DNA of 64,000 nt from Eledone cirrhosa (Eukaryota): positions 51,646,001 to 51,710,000 of the forward strand of contig OZ024747.1 in NCBI GenBank assembly GCA_964016885.1. The letters are read 5' to 3'. Of the stretch, positions 42,568 to 58,722 are shown piece after piece; positions within the stretch are counted from its first letter, which is position 1, and each line of letters opens with the position of its first letter. Position numbers and translations under genes: made by a program. The notes under the pieces were generated by a model that was not told the origin of the DNA, did not search any database, and saw only the letters and a program-made list of their open reading frames with translations.

Positions 42568-43798
42568 GTATATACCATATATATATATATATATATATAT
42601 ATGAAAGATTCATGGTGATTCATGCCTGGGTAAACGAGGATTCTATGCCGAAACTGGTGCATGTTATTTTGAAAAGTTGTGCAGCAAAATGTACATTTAA
42701 CACGAAAAAAATGCATACCTCACACTGTCCATCGTGTTTTTTGTCGGTTGGTTTTTATGGTTTATTGGACAAGAGGTAAAATTTATATGTTCCTCTCATT
42801 TAAATCGTGCGAAACCATGATTTTAATTGTTGGTGTTGTATTTTTCTGCTGCTTTTAGAGCCAAGTAGCGAAAATGTTGGGAACCACTTCGGTGAATTTC
42901 TCGACTAGTAAAGTGCTGTGAGCGCCTCACAGTAATTGCCAGACACCCAATCATGGTCTTCTCTTGGCCAAGGATATCAGATCCATTAGCGACAGGTTGT
43001 GTAGAAAACAAAAACGTGCTTGATAAACAGTGACACCACACCCTCACCATCTTAAAGACTGATATGAAAATATATCTCAACACTTGTGTTTATTTACTTG
43101 ACTGTCGACACCGACATGATGTGAACTCAGATAGATATACTAATAATGTAAATAACATGAATGCAAATAACAACAAGATAAACTACAGCCTCGATATCGA
43201 TAAAAAAAAAACCCAGAAAAATAATAGAATTTTAACATTATTTTCTGTTGTGGTTGTTGATGAATATATGTTTTAAATATATATTCAATATTATTTCTAT
43301 ATAATATATAGATATATCTCTATATCAAATAGATATCTTATTAAAAAGGCTTATGAAACAAATAAAGCAATTAATATTCATAACTTTCTCTTCTAACAGT
43401 CTCCTGCTGTGCTAGAACTACATCTAAAATAGGCGCCATCTTTATTCATCAATTGAAATGATATTTACTTTTGGCAGACATTTTATTCTAGAAGAATTTA
43501 TCAATTGGTGGTGAAAATATTTATTTTCTTCCGTTGAACTTTGGAAACTTTATTACGTCATTCATTTAAAGTTGCATTGTTCGGTTAACATTTTTCTTTG
43601 TTTAAGTCTCATACCCGCGTTCTTGTCGATGTCTAATATATAGTTACATACATAAATCTCGTATGTAAAATACACTAAATAGATTATATATCCAGTGTGA
43701 GTACGTTTTCTGTTTCAATTTGAGGTGCGTGAGTTAGGATAATTTCGCAGCTGTAAGTAGAAGCTGATAATGATGTTTCGAGACTCATCGTAGTTTGG

Positions 43799-43873
<75 letters not shown>

Positions 43874-43911
43874 GCATACATACACACACACACACACACA
43901 CACACACGCAT

Positions 43912-44007
<96 letters not shown>

Positions 44008-44104
44008 TACCCCTCTGTCGCTCTCATACACACATTTCGCGAAAATAAATTATCAGTGTTATTTAAAGTATCACTGATGGACGCAACAAAGATTGCGTAT
44101 CCCG

Positions 44105-44300
44105 AGACCCCAAAGAGAGTCCGGAAGGGAGCAAACCTTGACAGTTGGAATCTGGAACATCACAACCAATACAGGTAAGGAGCAGGAACTATTGGAGGAG
44201 GCTAGATGTTACCGCCTAGATATTGTCGGTGTTTCCTCAACAATGTTTTGTAGCTCTGATATTGTAGATTTAGATTGTGGTGGGAAACTCAACTATTCAC
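44105..44300 (+). pseudogene. RTE-like LINE AP-endonuclease N-terminal fragment
   Basis: LTVGIWNITTNTGKEQELLEEARCYRLDIVGVSST. Confidence 0.7.
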
Positions 44301-44992
44301 AAAAATTCTCGGCAGAGATTTTCTGCTAGGGAAAGGGTCACAGGCGGCGGATTGCGGTACGGCTACCATATATGATAGATAGTTCCGATATAAGCGGACA
44401 ACTGTCGGACGAATAAGCAACACCGGACCAACATCGGTAAACTAATAGGGAAGATGAAGGAATGGGTGAAACTTGTAGCTCCCAACAAAGCTCTCACAAG
44501 CCAGTGACATAGCTACGATGAAGCGGGAAAATGCTGCGGGTTTGATAAAATAGCAGATTGGTGACTGGTGCGAATAAGACCACGGAAACTGAAATTGCAA
44601 TATGATGAGGAAAACTGATGATTTATTTTCGCCAAATATTCTAAATATAATAATTATTTATTTCGAAATCAATAATAACAATAATATTGATAATAACAAT
44701 AATAAGAATAGCTACAACAACAATATCAAAAGTGATGGTAATTATGGGTATGTCTATATAATGATATTTATAGCAGAATCACCGAGGGACGCCATCAATT
44801 TTTGTCATTAAGATATTGGTTTCCATCTTTGGTTCTATTACTGTAGTGAAATACATAATGGTGGACTATGGCAACAATTACAACTACAACAACAAAAACA
44901 ACTACTAGTACAACATCATTAATATCTACAACATCAAATACTACATATTTTACAATAACTTGTGAGAAAACTACATCTTTTATAACGAAAAT

Positions 44993-45064
<72 letters not shown>

Positions 45065-45280
45065 CACTACTACTATAACTACTACTACTACTACTGCTGC
45101 CGCTGCTATTATTATAACTCCCTCTACAACAATATACCAGCACTACAACAACAACATATGTTACAACAACAATAGCAAGAACCTCATGATCAGTGATAAC
45201 AACAAATACAAGAACTACAACTGAAACTGTCAGCAATAACAACTATAACAACTATAACAACAAAATCTACAAGAAACACA

Positions 45281-45353
<73 letters not shown>

Positions 45354-45922
45354 TTACTGCAGTAACTACAACAACTGCAACACCAGGCTGCAAATCTACA
45401 GGACTACAACAGCTACAATAACAACGACTGCAACAACGAAAACAACTCCAACAATGACCACAACAGTTACAACAACTGAAACAACTACAACAAAAGACAT
45501 TATCAGCAGCGGCAAAACCTAACATTTTCATCAACACCATTATATTTATCGTCATTATGATTATTTTTATCATCATTATTATCATCATCATCGTCGTCAT
45601 CATCATCATCATCATCATCATCGTCGTCGTCTTTAACACCATCATCATCATCATCATCATCATCATCATTATCACCCCCAACAACAAGGTCAACAACATA
45701 ACCTTCTCCTCTACCTGCTCCTCTGTTCCACCCTCATCATCAGTGTTAAAACATTAGTAATAACAATGAGAATAAGACTGAAAATGTAATTTAGAAGACG
45801 CCCCCGCCAAAGACAAATTGTTCACTCCAAGCACCATAAATACATCATATAGACACACATAGCAACACACACAGGCACATATATAAACATACTTACACAC
45901 GGACGTGCTTATAAATATATAC

Positions 45923-46003
<81 letters not shown>

Positions 46004-46066
46004 CATACGGTTGGAAAAATACTTGTATCCTTATATGTATATTTTTACACGTAGGAACACATACTT

Positions 46067-46132
<66 letters not shown>

Positions 46133-46164
46133 TTATTTATTTATATATACACATATATTAAAAA

Positions 46165-46229
<65 letters not shown>

Positions 46230-46910
46230 CATACATACATATACACATACATACATATATACATATATATTCATATATATGGGAATATTTCTCACATATA
46301 CATACTTGCCCATATATTGTCCATATATACACATTTATCGAGGTCCTACTGGGTTTCAAACAATGGTAAAACACACAAGCTTTGCTATAACTGTATAACA
46401 GGAAGTCGCCATCAACGCCACTTTCCGATCAAAACAGACAGAAATTAGTGTTTGTTTTTGGCTGCCATTTTGGTTCTTATTATTTTTACTGTCCCGAATA
46501 TTTCGTCTTCTCGGCTGCCATTTTCTCTTGTATTTTCTCAAACTACGCACCACACAAAGCCACTCTACTGACCGCTCTTTCTCAATTCTTCTTCTTCTTC
46601 TTCTTCTTCTTCTTCTTCTTCTTCTTCTTCTTCTTCTTCTTCTTCTTCTTCTTCTTCTTCTTCTTCTTCTTCTTCTTCTTCTTCTTCTTCTTCTTCTTCT
46701 TCTTCTTCTTCTTCTTCTTCTCTATCATTTCATAGTTCTACTCCACCGCCTTCTCTAACTCAATCACATTTCCTCTGTTCTTTATATTGACAAACGAAGA
46801 AGCAAACCAAACAGGTTGTTAGTTATACATATGTTTACATAAGCCAATATGTATATTGTTCTTACCATCATGTCGAGGAATACACATTTACACACACACC
46901 TCTTACACTT

Positions 46911-47005
<95 letters not shown>

Positions 47006-47326
47006 GTCTGTCTATCTATATATCAGTTTACCTATTTGTCTATATATATATATCTATATATATATATGTTTGTGTGTGTGTGTGTGTGTGTACGTGTGTC
47101 TGTGCATGTGTGTGTGTGTGTTAGGAATGACTTTTCTGATTATATCCCTCTTTAATGAGCAAATGTTTCTAGACTGTTTGCTAACATTTGATCATTAATG
47201 AGTAAAATTATATTCACCAGAAATGTCATTGTTATCAATTTCCAAATATATTTTACTACGGCATTAGCTCTACTTTTACTATGTACATACATATATATTC
47301 ATATATGTATCTCTGTGTGTCTGTAT

Positions 47327-47442
<116 letters not shown>

Positions 47443-47815
47443 GTAAGTATGTATACGTACATACATATATGTATACAGACGTACAGTAGTATGTATATAT
47501 ATATATATATACATATATGCACACACATATATATGTACGTATGGATTCACCGAACATTTATTATAATGCTCGGTGTGTTTGTAAACAAACATCCCGTATT
47601 AAGCCGTAGTGTCTAGCAACCATCGTACTCGTTTGTTCAACACTGAAAAAGGATCGCTGTACTAGTTTCAAGCTTATTAGCTATCATCATCAACGTATAC
47701 CTTCCTGCCAGATGATTGAACGTCTGAAAGTATATACTTTCCTTATGCATATTAACGACTGAGCAGCCTAATTTGCAAATCGAGTGGGTTAATCGGCCGG
47801 GTGCACCGAAAACAT
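47443..47815 (-). mobile_element. Diverged monomeric copy of the retrozyme family
   Basis: Hammerhead on - with ATGATGA (core C mutated)...GAAACTAGTA; aagtatatact and atttgca motifs retained. Confidence 0.85.
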
Positions 47816-47844
47816 TTATCTATATCTATCTATCTCTCTCTCTC

Positions 47845-47934
<90 letters not shown>

Positions 47935-48973
47935 AACATATATTCATTTTATTAAGGTTAAATTGTGAATCTTGTTACTCTGGTTTCTCTGGTGTTTTGC
48001 CTTCTCATAATTAGCCCATGGTAAGTAAGCGAAACTCCAGAGTGTCACGACTCACTATTTAGACTTAATAAAATGCATTTAATCTCTACATATCTATTGA
48101 GTACTCTTTTATCTCGATCGGCAACTACATACGGATATATATATATATAATCACGACAATTGTTTAATTCATAAAGTTGGCCGATGAAGTTCCGTTTATG
48201 CTTCATGTTTACAAAGTAAGATTGGACTAACTATATTTATATATCGCTTATAATTTCCAAAATGTAATTATATAAGAGTATCGAAACGTCCGTCGACAAA
48301 TGAATTGTATAATATAAATTATAACATCGAATACTTATCTTTAACTAGATATGAATATTTTCACATTGGTTAATGCAAGAGAAATAAATAAATCATGAGA
48401 GAAATAAATAAAATTTCACAAATACAATATAAAATATGACACTCGTCACCAACAACTTCAGATATTCACCTTATGCTTCAGAATTATGGATTACCTAAAA
48501 TGCATGTGAAACCAAATGTGAATTATTCTTCTAGATAGATGGAAGGTAGTGGGAAAGGAACACTGTGTGTAGTAGAGAGAACAAAACAAATTGCTACATT
48601 TATGATGGAAAAAGTGAGAAAAATATTCTGAATGGGAGTGAAACTCAGGACCAAATTCGTCCTCTTTATGAGAATGAAACTTCCTTTGTCTGTTCAACAG
48701 ATAACGGTCCTGGCTATATGGTAAAATAATTCTATTGTTCAACAAATGTTGATATCACCTTTAACTTCACCTGCTTTAATGTATATCTTGGTCATATATT
48801 ACATCTGTGCCACTGTCCCGAACTGAAGACTCAGCTGATGGCATTGGAGTCACAGCGGTAAAACCCCCAACGCCCATCAACAAGTCGAAGCAGAGGAATC
48901 AAACAAGAACAGGACAACTTAAAACGCACCAATGACATCTTGAAGGCAACGCTGCGTAGTAGTAGTAGTAGTT

Positions 48974-49044
<71 letters not shown>

Positions 49045-49054
49045 GGTGGTGGTG

Positions 49055-49125
<71 letters not shown>

Positions 49126-49574
49126 TCAACTCAAATTAACGGGAGTGGAAAACTAAATTGCACAAATAGACAAAACTACTACTACCACTATTACTACAGC
49201 TACCACCGTTTCCGCAACCAGCACCACCATGATTGCTATCACCCCCACCAACATCATAATTCCCAATATTGTCATTGTTGACGAGTATGACACTTAAAAA
49301 GCCCTTTTATAGTTAAAAGTTAAATTTTCTGTTTTCACCGTTTTCCTTATATTAACCCAAATTCTAGAAATAACAAGAGTGTTTTTGTTTAGGATTCTGG
49401 GACAGTAGAAATAAGGGAGTGACATGAAGAAGGGGATGTTAGGCCCTGTTCTCCTGAAGTAAAGAATAATAACATTTGACAGGGGTTTGAAAATTGTCAA
49501 AACAACAGATGGCGGGGTTTAATTAAACTTAACTATCTTTCAGTTCACTTGTTTCATCCCGTTCTAACTCACCC

Positions 49575-49663
<89 letters not shown>

Positions 49664-50333
49664 GCGCGCGCACACATGTATATACATATAAATTATACTT
49701 TTATGTATATGTGCACATGCGTGTGGTTATGATCAAATATATATATATGTGTGTGTGTGTAAGTGTGTATGTAAGTATATGTGCCCCAGCATGGCCTCAG
49801 TCGGATGGCTGGAACAGGTAAAAGAGTAAAAGGGTATATATGTGTGTACGTGTGTCTATGCACATATACATATGTATACTTCTAATAGTATATATAATAC
49901 TTAAATTTACTAGAGTCGCTCTAGTAGGTCTTTCATTATCAATATCGAATGCACATAGCAAGAGTCCCCCAGCCTAAGGTCTGCGGATCCCTGAGACGGG
50001 GGTTGGGTCCGAATGGAAATTCCTTTAATTAAATGTTGTCCTTGGCAGTGAAATATTTAGTTACCATGGGTTTAATATGTGGGTTTCCAATAGCAACAAA
50101 CTGGCAATGTCAAAAACATATTAATCACGAAGATGATTTCACGATAAGCAATCTCAGCATAACTGGAAAACTAAGAGGTTGATTAGAATTTGTTTTTTTG
50201 CTCTCACATAGCGGATACGTAAATGTATTCGGGAATTGTATATCGAATAATTTTATTTTAAATTTTCGGCAAAGCCAGTCATAAAATCGCTTGGAATGGA
50301 AATAAGGTTGATCAACCAATGTATACTTTAGAG

Positions 50334-50893
50334 CAGGGGTGGGCAAACTACGACCCGAGGGCCAAATGCAGCCCCCCCCCCTCCCAAGAGTTTTCTGCGG
50401 CCCGTGGAAACATTCAGCGAATTAATAATAAAAAAAATAAAAAAAAATGTCTGTATATAATACTTAAGCCGTGACTAGAGCTAGCTACATGTTTGTACCA
50501 GAGAGAGAATAGAGAGACAGGGCAGGAGTGAGCATTTTATTTCAAACTAGACCATCCATGACCCGTTCGGTCACGTTCACTGAAAAATATTTTTTTAAAA
50601 CTCATATTCACTTAAAAATAATTTGTAGATATTTAAAATATACACAAACATGTATGTATTGTGAAATGAAATTGGAAGGCCCATATATATATATATATAT
50701 GGGTGTCTGCGATCTATATACACCGGTCACAGATACACACACACATACATACACTCACACACACACAGAGATACCCCCCCCCCCCCACACACACACTTAG
50801 AAACCCTTTCTATTTAGCAGGATACAGTAATGTTGTATTCGTTTCTTTGAAGTCACCGGTTGTAATTTTATTCAATACCACCAGCTCTCTCTC

Positions 50894-50992
<99 letters not shown>

Positions 50993-52597
50993 TTATTCCA
51001 TATTCCTTCTCTGTTTCCTCCTCTCTATCCTTCCCTCTCTCTCTATTTATCCCGTAACTCGGGACCGCGTGCTCCGATTTACGCGAAACTTGTTTTATTC
51101 CATTTGTATTCCCATTTCATGTGCAACTTCTTTTCAAAGTATCTTCCCATTATGCGCCGTTTTGGCAATATTAAATTACAGACAAGCACACAGTTACATA
51201 ATTTTAGTAGTATATAGATAACGAACACAACATAATAACTGTGCATGCGTTGTTGACATTTGCATTTCATTTGCACAACAACGCTATGGCGGTAATTTCT
51301 TCTGGCGGTAATAATTACTTCTGCTAAAAAGCGCAAAAATTGACCAAGAATCTTGTGTAGTCCAAGAAGATTGGCTACACAAGTATTTCTTTACCAATGC
51401 CGAGAGGCCAAGATTTGTTTGAATGTGTGGTCAATTGTGTTGATAAAAATGCTTTATCATGGGATGATAAGTTGTCAAGTGTGACAACTTACGGTGCCTG
51501 GGCGGGCATGGTGAAACTCATTGATTATTAGATGAGAAAAGACCATCCTAATCATGCAATGTGGTCTTTCCACTGCATTTTGCACCAAGAGAGCCTGTGT
51601 AACGCTGCACTGAACTTGAAGCATGTGGTAGATCCGATGGTAGGTGTAGTAAACTCTATTAGGGAAAGGGCAATGAATCACTGACAGTTCAAATCTCTGC
51701 CGGAAGACGTGAAGGCTGAGCATTGAGATGTACTCTTCCACAACAACGTGCGGTGGTTGAGCCTGGACAAAGTGCTGAAGAGTGTATAGGAGTTGTGACA
51801 AGAATTGCTTCTCTTTCTGGACATGAAGGGGGTTTCTTGGGACTTTGGAACAAAAATATCCTGTTGAGACTGGAGATATGAACTAATGTTTGGAGTTGAC
51901 AATTTTGATAAACTGAATGACCTGAATGTGACATTACAGTGAAAGGATCTGTTTGCTCATGATATGTACAAGTATGTCAAGTCTTTTTCAGGCAGAACTT
52001 GCTTTGTTCTCCAGGCAAGCATGTAAAGGCAAGTTCTGCCATTTTTCTTTATTAGGGAAGGAGAAGGTGTCTGCAAACGTCTCCTCAGAGATCATGTATC
52101 AGCTGAAGAGTTTAAAGGAGTTTGAAAGAAGGTTTACAGATTTCAAAAAGATTGAGCCTAAATTCAATTTGTTAACTTTCCCTTTCACTGCTGATGTTGA
52201 TGCAGCATTTGAAGAAATGCAGCTTGAACTAATTGACATGCAAGCAGATCACTTGTTGAAAGAAATGTTTCATTCTGTGCCGTTAATAGAGTATTACTAG
52301 TATTACTAGTCTCTTTCAGATGAAACATTTCCATGTTTGAGAGGCTTTGCTGCCAGATTGTTTTCTATTTTGGGGTCAACTTACATCTGTAACTTACATC
52401 TCTTGTTTTAAGAGTTTTATATCATTTCATTTATTTATGTATTATAATGATGCAGTAAATATGTTATATTTTCTAAATTCTAACTGAAAAAAAGTAGGGT
52501 TACTTGCACACTATATCCAGTAATAAATGGTGCGGCCCTCTTGTGTTCATGATCCAATCAATGTGGCCCCCCGATCCAAAACGTTTGCCCACCCCTG
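50334..52597 (+). mobile_element. hAT (Charlie/SPIN-like) DNA transposon, internally deleted and decayed
   Basis: TIRs CAGGGGTGGGCAAAC / GTTTGCCCACCCCTG; 8-bp TSD CTTTAGAG on both sides; transposase remnants FHCILHQESLC, VRWLS, QLELID, FGSTYIC. Confidence 0.93.
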
Positions 52598-53221
52598 CTT
52601 TAGAGAATACTATATATTCTCAAAGGTTTTAGTGCGTGACAGAAATGAGATACAGAATCCTGACAAAGGTAATAACCCAGAAGCAACGTTTTCGATTGTT
52701 TCTCTGTGCCACTATTAGAACAAAAAGATGGCGATGGTTATCTAAACCACATAGTCTAATGAGGCAGTTTGCTTGCAAACGAATCGAATATTATTAATAT
52801 ATAGAAATGAGAGGTTACGTAATAACTGGTTTCATATGTCAGAGTCTACCTCTTATAAGGTACAAACCTTTCCCTCTCTCCTTTGTCTCCTCTTTCTCCT
52901 CTCTTTCTCTCCTCTATCTGTCCTCCCTTCATTCTTCCTTTTCCCTCTCTCCTCTCTCTCTCCCCCTCATCCTCTCATCTCTCTCTTCTTTTAAGCTCCA
53001 AAGGAAGTCATCTGAAACGCAGCCATATACCGCATAACATTGCTTCTGAAGTGTTGCTTCGTTAGTACGGACTGTCTGTCGTATATGGATAAAAGATGGA
53101 GGGTAAATTAATTTCAAATAGTACCAATTTTTTTTTCTTCTGTAAAACCAAGACTGTATAAACGACTTTATTAAAGCTAATGCGGTATTGTTAAACCTTC
53201 AACTGATACTTTTGTCAGACG

Positions 53222-53320
<99 letters not shown>

Positions 53321-53584
53321 TAAGATGCTCAAAAAGTTTTCTAAATTTTGGCCAGTAATGATTCAATTACGGGCGGTGATTAACAGAAACTGTGTTTTGA
53401 GCGTTGGATAACTGTTTAGCGGTACTGTTCCGGCTCTTAACATTCTCACTTCAAATACTTCCGAGGTCAAATTTGCCTTTCATTCCTCCGAGGTCAATAA
53501 AATAAAATACCAGTAAAATACTGCGGTCGATATAATCCATTTTTTCTGTCCTCCCAAATTGCTTCTCTTCAGTTTAAATTGAAA

Positions 53585-53772
53585 TAATTGTTTCTACTTT
53601 GGGCACAAGGCCAGCAATTACCCAGTACATTACTGGTACTTTATTTTATCGACCTCGTAAGGATGAAAGGCAAAGTTAACCTCGACGGGATTTGAACTCA
53701 GGCCGTAAAGGGACGTAACTCTATGCTTCAAAGCATGGCGTCCGACTCTCTACCGATACTGCCAATCCACCT
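53585..53772 (-). mobile_element. tRNA-derived SINE (adjacent diverged + copy at ~53400-53585)
   Basis: SINE core and B box. Confidence 0.85.
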
Positions 53773-53869
53773 GAAATAATGATCATAAAGTTATTAGATG
53801 ATAGCTCTCCTCACAAAAAAACAAAAGAAATTAGATATATGTATATGGCAGTTGGACACATTTCTGTCT

Positions 53870-54290
53870 CTCTCACCACTCTCTATCTCTCTTTCCCTCT
53901 CTCTCTCTCTCTCTCTCTCTCTTACCTCCCTCTCTCTCTCCTCTCCTCTCCCTCTCTCCTCTCCTCTCACCTTTCCCACTCTCTCTCGTCTCCTCTCCCC
54001 TTCTCTCTCCCCTCTCTTTCCTCTCTACCTCTTCTCTCCATCTTCTCTCTCCTCCCTCTCCTCTCCCTCTCTCCTCTCCATCTCTTCTCTCCTCTCACCT
54101 CTCCACACTCTTTCGTCTCCTCTCTCCTACTCTCTCTCCTCTCTTTCCCCCCTATCTCTCTCTTCTCTCCGTCTTCTCTCTCCTCCCTCTCTCTTCTCCT
54201 CTCACCTCTACCTCTCTCCTCTCCTCTCTCCTCTCCTTACCACCTCTCCTCTCTCTCATCTTTCTCTCCCACCACCCTCTCTCTCACTCA
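53870..54290. repeat. CT-rich low-complexity tract
   Basis: Direct inspection. Confidence 0.9.
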
Positions 54291-55652
54291 TATGGAGGGT
54301 TTGAATGGAACAAGCAACTGGCTAATCAAAATCAATATATTTGAACATCCTACGCAGAACAGCTCTAACGTGACATATTACTGTTGACGGACCTCCGTCG
54401 GTTACGACGTCAAGTGTTTCTATTGTTCAAACACCAGAACAGTCTGCTCGAGAAGTTAACATGCACATGGTTGAACATTCCAAAAACACGTGCACCCGGA
54501 ACGTAAATCATTGTGTGTTAAAGCTGTATCTTTGAATTTCAGGAGAAACTCACTTTTTCCAGGTAAGTGGCTTGCAGCAACGTGAAATACATTGTCTTGT
54601 TCAAAGTCATAATGTACTGCTAGGATTACAATCGGGAGTGGAACGAAGTAATTACTTAGACATACGACTTCACTAACTATAATAAACTTAAAATCTCACC
54701 TGATAATAGGATACTGTTGAGGTCTTGATAACATCTTAACAGCTTGCAATATACTGCACTTTGTGAAAAGCACCCAAAGGCCAGGTGACGGTATTAAACC
54801 AATTGACGTAAGAAACAAAACAATATTAAATTTACCACAACTACTAAATCAACCCCCGAAATTTTGACTACCATCCAAATTTATTCTACCGCCCAAATAA
54901 AATCTGCCAGTTAGTACTAACGCTAGTACACAATATTATGTCTACCACACTATTAAGTCTAACACTTCTAATATCAAATTTAGCCCACACAGTTAAATCT
55001 TCCACCCAGTAATAAGGCTATTACAATCCTACCACACTATTAAGTCTAACACTTCCAATATTAAATCTACACCTCACTATCAAATCTGCCACCCAGTAGT
55101 TTGGGTATTACCTGATATTATGTCTAACATCGAATATTTAATCTACCAAAGAAAAAGCGTGTCTCATCTTTCACGGTATCATTTCATTTGTTCATTTATC
55201 CTCTGCGTACATATTCATTCATTTATTTATTTATATGTATACCTTTTTGTGACGCCATTATATATATGAATGTATATATATATATATATATATATACACA
55301 CAAAAAAAATATATAAATATATATTTATGTGTATATACATATACATACATATACATACATATGCTGGTATTTCTATTCCTTTTCTAACTGCCCAAGCAGC
55401 CATTAAGAACCAGAAATATCAACCTATTTTCTATTCCTACAAAAGCTATATTATTATGTATTCTGTTACAGCGATTTTCCCTGAGGCTGAAGACTAAATC
55501 TTCAGGAAAAACATACCAATATGTATACATGGGCAGCAATGATGTAGAAATATAGAAAAGTATAAACATGATTTACACACACAGGCACACGCGCATCTGA
55601 ATACATAAATGTATGGAGGCTTGTTAAGCGAAAGCATAGATACGTGAGGTAA

Positions 55653-55719
<67 letters not shown>

Positions 55720-55819
55720 CATGCATTTATTTATATATGTATATATATAAATATATAAGCATGCATATATTTATATATGTATATATATAAATATATAAGC
55801 ATGCATATATTTATATATG

Positions 55820-55920
<101 letters not shown>

Positions 55921-57338
55921 CCATGCATATGTATATATATATATACATATTTACTTTACATACATAAATATTATAATCCAAGAATGGAAAGGGATCAGGT
56001 AAGGAATCTTAGTGGAATATGTAATAAGTTATGAAATACTAATAGATTGTAGGTGGAGTGTTTAGTTTGGTTTGGGGATAGGATATCGAAAAATATCTTT
56101 GAAAAAATAGCGTACATATCATATACTATGTGGAACATCCTTCCACCTTTACATCCCAAACACACTCGAATAAACAACCCCGAAATAAAACACAAACACA
56201 CATAAATGCTTTATAACATTTTCTACGATTATTTTTTTCTGGTGTGGGTGGCGGTTGTGTTGTTTGAACGAGAAGAAGAAAAAGAAGAATATGACGTATT
56301 TTCCTAGAGAAATGGTTTGTCATATACAATAGAAACATATTGCTCAAAATATACAGTAACAGTACTCATTAGTTTGGAAAATAAACGGACATCATGGCGA
56401 GTAGATATGTAAATATTTTCACAATGAAATAAGGTATACATGAACTGCTTTTTATTGCATTGGGCATGTTTAGTTTTTGTGTACTTCTATCTTTTATTGC
56501 TTTCATTCTTTTCTCTATCTTGCCTTTCCACGACCTTAGCACCGTTGGATTGCAAAGCCATTTTGATTTTTCCCCCTACAATTATTACAGTGCTAATCCA
56601 GCAACCATATTGGATTCGATCACTTACAATCATACAGACTTCTTTTAGGATTATATTTTCGTTATTTTTCCTTGTTTGTTTTTGTGTTCTTTTTCTATTT
56701 TCCTCTTTTTAATGTTATATATTACTTGTTGTTTTGGTATTTTATTATATTTCATATATTCATATTTCCGTTTTTCTATATTTTCTCTTTTCTGTATTAT
56801 TTCCTGCCTTAAGTTTTTCTTTCTTTCATTTTTCTTGTATTTTGCGGGGGTATAGTTGAAAGGTAGGCTCGATGTGTAATCTTTCTTCGCCTTTTTCTTT
56901 GTTCATATTTTTCTCTTCTTCATCGTCTTCCATTTCATTTTTACTCCTAAAACTTATTCTTTTTCTTTTCAATGTTTTCCTATCTTCATTCTTCTCAACA
57001 TATCCATATCATATAGTTTCACTCCTTCTTCATCTCTTCCTCGCAATGTCTTTATTTTTCATTCTTTTTTTCTCTGACTTCTTCGTCTCTCAGTCGACCT
57101 CCCTCCCATACTCTCTGATTCTTCTCTACCTGCTCCTTATCCTCATACTACCCCTCTTGCACTTCATCCCCTATATTCTCCTGCTCATCATCATTATCAT
57201 CATCATCATCATCATCATCATCATCGTCATAGAAATTTATTTCATTTCCCTCTCTCTATCAATATAAATTACTATTTATCTAATATTCTCCTCCTATTTA
57301 CAGTCGACTCTTTCAGTCCTTCTCCTCCTTCCCCTCTA

Positions 57339-57447
<109 letters not shown>

Positions 57448-57912
57448 TTCTATCATTTTGTTCTTTTTCCTCCTCTTCTTTGTCTTCACCATCTTTCCCT
57501 CCTCCGCCTTCCTCAATACTATTCCTCCTCCTACATCTCCACTTATACTCCTACTGTTAATTCTAACCCTTCAACCAATCGGGATTCCTATTTGCAGAGA
57601 AGATAAAAACTATGCCCGCCACAAGTAAATCGAAACGGTAAATATTATCGTTACATTAGTCTCCCGTTTGGTTTGCTATTTCCTCAGCTTTCATTTCTTT
57701 ATCCCTTATTCTTTACGGAACCAGATCTATGGTTATGCTGAAGCATGCCTATATTTATGTCTGTGCATTGATTGCTGCACACACACACACCCACACGCAC
57801 ACACACACACACATGCACGTACATGCACACACACACACATACATACGTTCACACGCACGCACATACACATATAACACACACGCATACACACACACACATA
57901 TATATACAGAGA

Positions 57913-57963
<51 letters not shown>

Positions 57964-57999
57964 ACATAGATATAGGTAAATAAATACATAGCTAGATAA

Positions 58000-58033
<34 letters not shown>

Positions 58034-58098
58034 GGATGGATGGATAGATAGATAGATAGATAAATAAATAGATAGATAGATAGATAGATAGATAGATG

Positions 58099-58197
<99 letters not shown>

Positions 58198-58665
58198 GAG
58201 TCGATATGCATATGTAATGGCATTTCTCAGAAGTTGATTAAGAAACGTGAGAAGACATGTGTTAGAAGTAAAAGCTTCCTTGATTCTAAGCCTGTTCTCA
58301 CAAAATCCTAGATTAGGGCAGGGGTCAGAGAACTATTTCCCAATTTCTGCAAGACTCTCAACATTTCCGGTGTCAATATTACACACGGTTATTCAGATAG
58401 AAGCTGCTAAAGACCTTAGTAAACTAACGTTAAATCACATACATATGTCACGTGACAGGATCTAGCGTCACAGATCTTCAGCTCAATTCTATTCTTCTCG
58501 CTGGTTAATATCTGTCTGACTATCTCTCGATTTCTCTCTATTTCACACTCTTTTCTCCCCCCCCCCCCCCCTCGTCTCTCTCCCTCTCTCTTTCTCTTCT
58601 CTCTCTCTCTCTTTCTTTCTCATATTCTCTCTTTTTCTCGCTTTCTCTCTCATTCTTTTTCTTGC

Positions 58666-58722
<57 letters not shown>

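Noticed and set aside
42840-43090. Possible host exon after a polypyrimidine-AG
   Set aside because: Stops occur soon in all + frames, no recognisable protein and no supporting neighbouring exons
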